Below are positions 59,193 to 64,000 of a DNA stretch of 64,000 bases, piece after piece. Numbering within the stretch: the first letter of the stretch is position 1; the number at the start of each line of letters is the position of its first letter. The translations under genes were made by a program, and so were the position numbers. This stretch comes from an uncultured Gammaproteobacteria bacterium (GTDB lineage Bacteria; Patescibacteriota; Patescibacteriia; UBA1558; GWA2-36-10), in assembly GCA_964633905.1 (NCBI GenBank), contig CAZWIT010000001.1:141861-205860 (forward strand), read 5' to 3'. The notes under the pieces were generated by a model. It did not search any database. It was not told where the DNA came from and saw only the letters and a list, made by a program, of their open reading frames with translations.

Positions 59193-60482
59193 ATGGAAAA
59201 AGTTTTAATAACAGATTTAGCAAAAAATATTGGTAAAGAAGTGACTATCCAGGCTTGGGTAGCCAATTTTCGTTCTTCTGGTAAAATTGCTTTTTGGCTC
59301 TTACGTGATGGTTCTGGTTTTGTCCAGGCAATTTTAAATAGTGAGACTCTTGATTCTAAGAAGTGGGAAAGAGTAAAGGATGTTACTTTAGAAACTTCAG
59401 TAGCTATTAGCGGTAAGGTTAGTAAGCATCCTAAAAAAGAAGAATACGAAATTCAAGTCAGTGATTTTGATTTTATTTCGATTGCTCAGGAATATCCGAT
59501 TGCCAAAAAAGATCACGGCATAGATTTTTTAATGGATAATAGACACTTGTGGTTAAGATCTAGTCGGCAGTGGGCTATTCAAAGGGTACGTAATACTTTG
59601 ATTAAAGCCAATTATGATTTTATGGCGGCTAATAATTTTATCAAAATTGATTCGCCAATTTTGACACCTAATGCTTGCGAAGGCACAACCGAACTTTTTG
59701 CTATCAAGTATTTTGATGAAACTGCTTATTTATCGCAAAGTGGTCAATTATATTTAGAAGCAGCTATTTTTGCGCATGGCAGAGTATTTGATTTTGGTCC
59801 TGTTTTTCGAGCGGAAAAATCCAAGACCAGACGTCATTTGACTGAATTTTGGATGATGGATGCAGAAATGGCTTTTACTGACTTATCGCAAAATTTAAAG
59901 ATACAAGAAGAGTTGATCCGTTTTATGGTCAAAGCGGTTTTAGAAAACAATAAAATAGAACTAGCTCTTTTAGAAAGAGATACTAAGATGCTAGAAAATA
60001 TTACTAAACCATTTCACCGTATTACGCACGCTGAAGCTGTTAAAAAATTACAGGCCTTAGGTAGTGATATTAAAGCTGGCGAAGACTTAGGGGCTGACGA
60101 TGAAACAATTTTAACTAAAGAATTTGATAATCCTTTATTTGTGACCAACTATCCGGCTGAGATTAAGGCTTTTTATATGAAACGTAATGCCCAAGATGAT
60201 AGTTTAGCCGAATGTGCTGATTTACTAGCTCCTGAGGGCTACGGTGAGATTATTGGTGGTTCGCAAAGAGAAGACGATTATGAAACTTTGCTGCAGCGTA
60301 TTAAAGAGCATAAATTGCCAGTCAAAGAGTTTGAATGGTATTTAGATTTACGAAAATATGGTTCAGTTCCTCACGGCGGTTTTGGCTTTGGTTTAGAGCG
60401 TATTGTAGCTTGGGTTTGCGGACTTGATCATGTTCGAGAAACTATTCCTTTTCCACGGACGATCTATCGTTTAAGGCCTTAA
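59193..60482 (+). CDS. asnS: asparaginyl-tRNA synthetase
   Basis: 429 aa; class IIb motifs FRAEKSKTRRHLTEFWMMDAE, GGSQRE, GFGFGLERIVAWV. Confidence 0.85.
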   Translation: MEKVLITDLAKNIGKEVTIQAWVANFRSSGKIAFWLLRDGSGFVQAILNSETLDSKKWERVKDVTLETSVAISGKVSKHPKKEEYEIQVSDFDFISIAQEYPIAKKDHGIDFLMDNRHLWLRSSRQWAIQRVRNTLIKANYDFMAANNFIKIDSPILTPNACEGTTELFAIKYFDETAYLSQSGQLYLEAAIFAHGRVFDFGPVFRAEKSKTRRHLTEFWMMDAEMAFTDLSQNLKIQEELIRFMVKAVLENNKIELALLERDTKMLENITKPFHRITHAEAVKKLQALGSDIKAGEDLGADDETILTKEFDNPLFVTNYPAEIKAFYMKRNAQDDSLAECADLLAPEGYGEIIGGSQREDDYETLLQRIKEHKLPVKEFEWYLDLRKYGSVPHGGFGFGLERIVAWVCGLDHVRETIPFPRTIYRLRP

Positions 60483-60495
60483 GTTTGGCCTTGTT

Positions 60496-60571
60496 GCCAC
60501 CCTAGCTCAGTTGGTAGAGCAACGGTATCGTAAACCGTGGGTCGTCGGTTCAATTCCGACGGGTGGCTCCA
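60496..60571 (+). tRNA. tRNA-Thr (anticodon CGT)
   Basis: Acceptor GCCACCC/GGGTGGC, D-arm AGCTCAGTTGGTAGAGC, anticodon loop ATCGTAA, T-arm GTCGGTTCAATTCCGAC, CCA encoded. Confidence 0.85.
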
Positions 60572-60585
60572 TTATTTAATAAATT

Positions 60586-60882
60586 ATGACTTACGAGAAA
60601 TTTTTACAAACACCAGAGACTAAAGACGCAATAGAAAGTAAGTTTTTGATCTGGCAAGATTTGATAAAAGATGCAGATGTTAGCGAGGAAACTAAACAAG
60701 AATTTATTGAAGCTTTACTTAAAATCAAAAATTGGCCAGAGTCTTATAGTAATTTAGAAGATGCAATTTATGGCATAGTTGGTTATTTGATCAATGTTTA
60801 TAAAAAAGATCCTAATCAGGCAGAAGCCAAAGCTTTGTTTGAAAATATTAGAGATGATCTTTGGCCTTTGGTTAGGGGCTAG
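60586..60882 (+). CDS. hypothetical protein
   Basis: 98-aa ORF. Confidence 0.45.
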   Translation: MTYEKFLQTPETKDAIESKFLIWQDLIKDADVSEETKQEFIEALLKIKNWPESYSNLEDAIYGIVGYLINVYKKDPNQAEAKALFENIRDDLWPLVRG

Positions 60883-60915
60883 CCTAAGTTTTAATTTTAG
60901 CTATATAATATAAAT

Positions 60916-62328
60916 ATGAATAGAATAAAAACAATCGAAACTGCAAATAAAGTTGGGGAAACAGTTTTACTCAAAGGTTGGGTAAATGTTCGTCGCAATA
61001 TGGGCAAGATCGCTTTTTTGGATTTACGTGATCGCTGGGGAATTGTGCAAGTGGTGGCAGTGCCAGCGGAACTTGATGAAGCTTCGCAAGCAATCTTAAA
61101 AGATATTAGGCCAGAATTTGTTTTAGCAATTACTGGATTGGTGCAAGCACGGGGAGCTAAACAAATTAATGTTGAAATGCCAACTGGTAAAGTAGAGATT
61201 TTAGCTAAACAAATCCAGATTTTAGCTACAGCTGAAACTCCACCATTTGAAATTGATAACGAAGAGCGACAAGCTAATGAAGAATTACGTTTAAAATATC
61301 GCTATTTAGATTTGCGCCATGAACGTATGACCAAAAATATAGTAATGCGTGATAAAGTAATGGCTTACTTAGGAAATTACCTTAGACAGCATGATTTTGT
61401 GTCAGTACAAACTCCAATATTATCCAAATCAACTCCTGAAGGAGCACGTGATTATTTAGTACCATCGCGCTTGCATCCAGGTAAATTTTTTGCTTTACCA
61501 CAAGCTCCACAACAATATAAACAGCTTTTAATGGTGGCTGGTATTGATCGTTATTTCCAAATTGCGCCTTGTTTTCGTGATGAAGATGCGCGTGCTGATC
61601 GAAGTCCGGGAGAATTTTATCAACTTGATATGGAAATGTCTTTTATTAAACAAGAAGATATTTTGGATTTAGTTGAGGATATGATGACTAAAATGGTACA
61701 AGAGCTTTTTCCGGAAAAGCATTTTACCCAAACTCCTTGGCCTCGTTTAAATTATGAAGAAGTGATGAAAAAATATAATTCTGATAAACCAGATTTACGT
61801 AAAGACAAAAATGATCCTAATGAACTTGCTTTTGCTTGGGTAATTAATTTTCCTTTATTTATGCCTCAAACTGACGAGGATAGATTTGTAGGGGCTGGTG
61901 ATACTTGGGGGCCAGCTCATAATATGTTTACTGCTCCTAAAGAAGAAGACATTGCTTTACTTGATACAGATCCAGGCAAAGTAAGATCTTATCAACACGA
62001 TATGGTTTTAAACGGTTTTGAAGTTGGCGGTGGGGCAGTGCGCATTCATGATATGAAGATTCAGGAAAAAGTTTGGGATTTGATTGGTTTTAAACCAGAA
62101 CAAAAAGAACAATTTAAGCATTATTTTGAAGCTTTTAAATATGGCGTACCGCCACACGGCGGAATTGCTCCTGGTTTAGATCGTTTACTAATGGTGCTGT
62201 TAAAAGAAAAAAATTTAAGAGAGGTAACAGCTTTTCCACTTACTTCTGATGGACGTGATCCAATGATGGAGTCTCCTTCAGAAGTTTCTAAAGATCAATT
62301 AGCAGAATTAAAGATAAAAACTACATAA
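60916..62328 (+). CDS. aspS: aspartyl-tRNA synthetase, short form lacking the bacterial GAD insertion
   Basis: 470 aa; QIAPCFRDEDARADRSPGEFYQLDME motif 2, GGGAVRIHD, GIAPGLDRLLM motif 3. Confidence 0.85.
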   Translation: MNRIKTIETANKVGETVLLKGWVNVRRNMGKIAFLDLRDRWGIVQVVAVPAELDEASQAILKDIRPEFVLAITGLVQARGAKQINVEMPTGKVEILAKQIQILATAETPPFEIDNEERQANEELRLKYRYLDLRHERMTKNIVMRDKVMAYLGNYLRQHDFVSVQTPILSKSTPEGARDYLVPSRLHPGKFFALPQAPQQYKQLLMVAGIDRYFQIAPCFRDEDARADRSPGEFYQLDMEMSFIKQEDILDLVEDMMTKMVQELFPEKHFTQTPWPRLNYEEVMKKYNSDKPDLRKDKNDPNELAFAWVINFPLFMPQTDEDRFVGAGDTWGPAHNMFTAPKEEDIALLDTDPGKVRSYQHDMVLNGFEVGGGAVRIHDMKIQEKVWDLIGFKPEQKEQFKHYFEAFKYGVPPHGGIAPGLDRLLMVLLKEKNLREVTAFPLTSDGRDPMMESPSEVSKDQLAELKIKTT

Positions 62329-62339
62329 TTTTTCACTGT

Positions 62340-62475
62340 ACTTACATATATTGGCATCGTGCCTGACTTGTTTTGTTGGTGTCTAACGGGCTCATAACCC
62401 TTGACCCTCCAAGGATGTGGCAAGCAGGCCGATGGAGCCCCATGCATGGCACATGGGGCTTCTTTATTTCATATA
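62340..62475 (+). other. GC-rich hairpin cluster R3 downstream of aspS (GGGCTC...GAGCCC long-range pair plus terminator-like gagccccatgcatggcacatggggcttc-TTTATTT)
   Basis: Direct reading. Confidence 0.3.
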
Positions 62476-62504
62476 TTGACATAATAGTGTATTTCTGATA
62501 TAAA
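62476..62504 (+). promoter_or_regulatory. consensus promoter TTGACA-N17-TATAAA
   Basis: TTGACA 62476-62481, TATAAA 62499-62504; leader contains perfect hairpin aacaacaaacaTGCtgtttgttgtt. Confidence 0.5.
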
Positions 62505-62621
62505 AATATATTGTTCTTCACAATTTTTTACCAACAACAAACATGCTGTTTGTTGTTAAACCTGGACAAGTTGAGAAAGGGTGGTGTTCTCGTGTTGTTT
62601 GAAGAAAACAAAAGGTTTGCA

Positions 62622-62984
62622 ATGTCCGACTTTATTGTGGTGCTTGTGATTATTGGTATTTTGGCAGCTATTGCTATTCCGCATCAAATTGCTAAACAAA
62701 ATCGTGAAAAAGTAGAATATAATATTAATTATTTGCAGATCAAGATAAACGATTATTATCGGGATAAGGGAATGTATCCGTATTCTGTTATTGAAATGGT
62801 TAGGTATGGTTATTTGGATAAAAAAGGTTTTGAAAACCCATATAGTAATACTTGGCAGCAGCCAATCGATGGCCAAGCTGTAAGTATTGGCCAAATTGGT
62901 TATGAATTTCTTGATAGCAATGATATCAAATATCGTATTACGACTCGTATTGGTAATGACTTGATTACTAGGATTGGTAAATAA
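62622..62984 (+). CDS. type IV pilin-like (pseudopilin-like) protein with atypical prepilin leader
   Basis: N-terminal helix FIVVLVIIGILAAIAIP matches pilin alpha1-N; the Gly(-1) is replaced (KRFAMSD versus canonical KGFTLIE); an alternative GTG start at 62592 is possible. Confidence 0.5.
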   Translation: MSDFIVVLVIIGILAAIAIPHQIAKQNREKVEYNINYLQIKINDYYRDKGMYPYSVIEMVRYGYLDKKGFENPYSNTWQQPIDGQAVSIGQIGYEFLDSNDIKYRITTRIGNDLITRIGK

Positions 62985-63056
62985 ATTTTAATGACTCGTC
63001 GAAAAGCCCAATGGGGTAATGGCGGGTCATTTTTTTTGACAGGTTTTTATATAGTA

Positions 63057-63085
63057 TTGACAGTTTTATTATTTTAGTTTATAAT
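63057..63085 (+). promoter_or_regulatory. perfect consensus promoter TTGACA-N17-TATAAT
   Basis: TTGACA 63057-63062, TATAAT 63080-63085. Confidence 0.55.
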
Positions 63086-63091
63086 AGCAAT

Positions 63092-63309
63092 TAATATTTG
63101 TTCTATAAGCTTGTCCCTTTGGCAGGTAGAATTGGACCTCCACCTGTCTAGGGGCGAGGCTGACTGCGGGCATTCGTAACATTATGCTCAAGGTCAGCTG
63201 AAGGCCGTACGCAAGAGAATAGGGTTGTGGCTCTCTCCTCCCAACCCAATCTCCGCACCAAAGCTTACGGTTCTTCGGGAGCTCTCGCCAAGAGAGCTCT
63301 TTTTATTTG
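63092..63309 (+). ncRNA. candidate small RNA R4 (about 215 nt), GC-rich, 5'/3' ends pair (rod-like), intrinsic terminator
   Basis: CTTTGG...AGAATTGG pairs with CCAATCT...CCAAAG; internal GCTGAC...GTCAGC hairpin; terminator gagctctcgccaagagagctc-TTTTTATTT. Confidence 0.4.
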
Positions 63310-63354
63310 GAAAAAAATTACTAAAATGCTATAATAGCAGTAGCTTTTTTGTTT

Positions 63355-64000
63355 ATGCAACATATTTCTTTAGAAAAATTTGAGGGTCCTTTGGACTTAT
63401 TATTGCAGTTAATAGAAAAAGATAAACTCAATATTACCGAGATATCTTTAGCTAAAATTACTGATCAATATTTAGACTATATTCATGACAAAGTTATTGC
63501 TTCTGAAGAAATGGCTGACTTTTTATTGATTGCTGCCAAGCTTATCTATTTAAAATCAAAATATCTTTTACCTAATGTAGTTGTCAACGAAGAAGAAGAT
63601 GGTTTATCATTGGCTAAGCAATTAAAGATTTATCGACAATATTATGAGGCTAGTAAGTTGATTAATAAAATGTGGTTAGATAAAAGTCGTTTAGCTTACC
63701 AACGTAATGTAGATTTAAAAGCTTACTTAGAGTTTGGTTTTTTACCGCCTAAAAATCTTAAATTAGAGCACTTGGGCGTTTATTTTCAGGCAGTCTTAGC
63801 TAGGATAGAAACTATTGTTAATCTACCCAAAGTGGTCATGGCTCGAGCTATTTCCATTGGTGAAAAAATTAAGCAAATTAAAGATTTAATTAATCAAAAA
63901 CAAGAACTGCTTTTTAGTCATTTACGTTCATCAAATAATAAAACGGAAGTAATTGTAAATTTTTTAGCTATTCTAGAATTAGTAAAACAAAAAGAAATTA
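63355..64000 (+). CDS. scpA: segregation and condensation protein A (partial, continues past window end)
   Basis: N-terminus FEGPLDLLLQLIEKDKLNITEISLAKITDQYL is the ScpA signature; TTGGAA-N17-TATAAT upstream. Confidence 0.75.
   Translation, partial: MQHISLEKFEGPLDLLLQLIEKDKLNITEISLAKITDQYLDYIHDKVIASEEMADFLLIAAKLIYLKSKYLLPNVVVNEEEDGLSLAKQLKIYRQYYEASKLINKMWLDKSRLAYQRNVDLKAYLEFGFLPPKNLKLEHLGVYFQAVLARIETIVNLPKVVMARAISIGEKIKQIKDLINQKQELLFSHLRSSNNKTEVIVNFLAILELVKQKEI

Noticed and set aside
58796-59266. 156-aa minus-strand ORF and 70-aa plus-strand ORF over R2
   Set aside because: As above. No ribosome-binding site and Arg/Ser/Leu-rich low-complexity translation point to a high-GC artefact.
1-64000. 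CRISPR arrays, transposases, integrases, rRNA genes
   Set aside because: No regularly spaced direct repeats, no DDE or tyrosine recombinase signatures and no rRNA-like conserved stretches were found by eye.

Overview
This 64-kb window is AT-rich (roughly 33% GC) with the standard genetic code (TGA is used as a stop). Its gene content looks like a small-genome, CPR/Patescibacteria-like bacterium, but that taxonomic call is inference only. Recognisable core genes are the enolase/gpmI/pyk glycolytic block, BipA, an ABC-F protein, AsnRS, a short AspRS with no GAD insertion, ScpA, a [FeFe]-hydrogenase pair (hydB-hydA), an SDR and two tRNAs (Asn-GTT, Thr-CGT). The accessory content is (1) a complete type I R-M operon (hsdM-DUF3800-hsdS-HEPN-like-hsdR) with two embedded non-RM genes. 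(2) A 1805-aa membrane-anchored giant protein carrying an embedded Hint/BIL mini-intein-like domain with no +1 nucleophile, translationally coupled to a MEMO1-like gene. (3) A four-gene cluster of a PP-loop-like protein, three ATP-grasp domains and a PLP-dependent decarboxylase, which looks like an uncharacterised ligase pathway. (4) An island at 24.4-26.9 kb of independently promoted small genes, including a 68-aa ORF at about 58% GC and a convergent pair of diverged paralogous Cys-rich membrane proteins. (5) Several GC-rich, hairpin-dense non-coding elements with near-consensus TTGACA-N17-TATAAT promoters and intrinsic terminators. Two of these (R1 at about 54.2-54.55 kb, R2 at about 58.66-59.09 kb) share conserved single-stranded motifs and a covarying hairpin, so they look like members of one unclassified structured-RNA family. 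I could not assign them to RNase P, tmRNA, SRP, 6S or T-box by eye. No CRISPR array, transposase or prophage integrase was seen.
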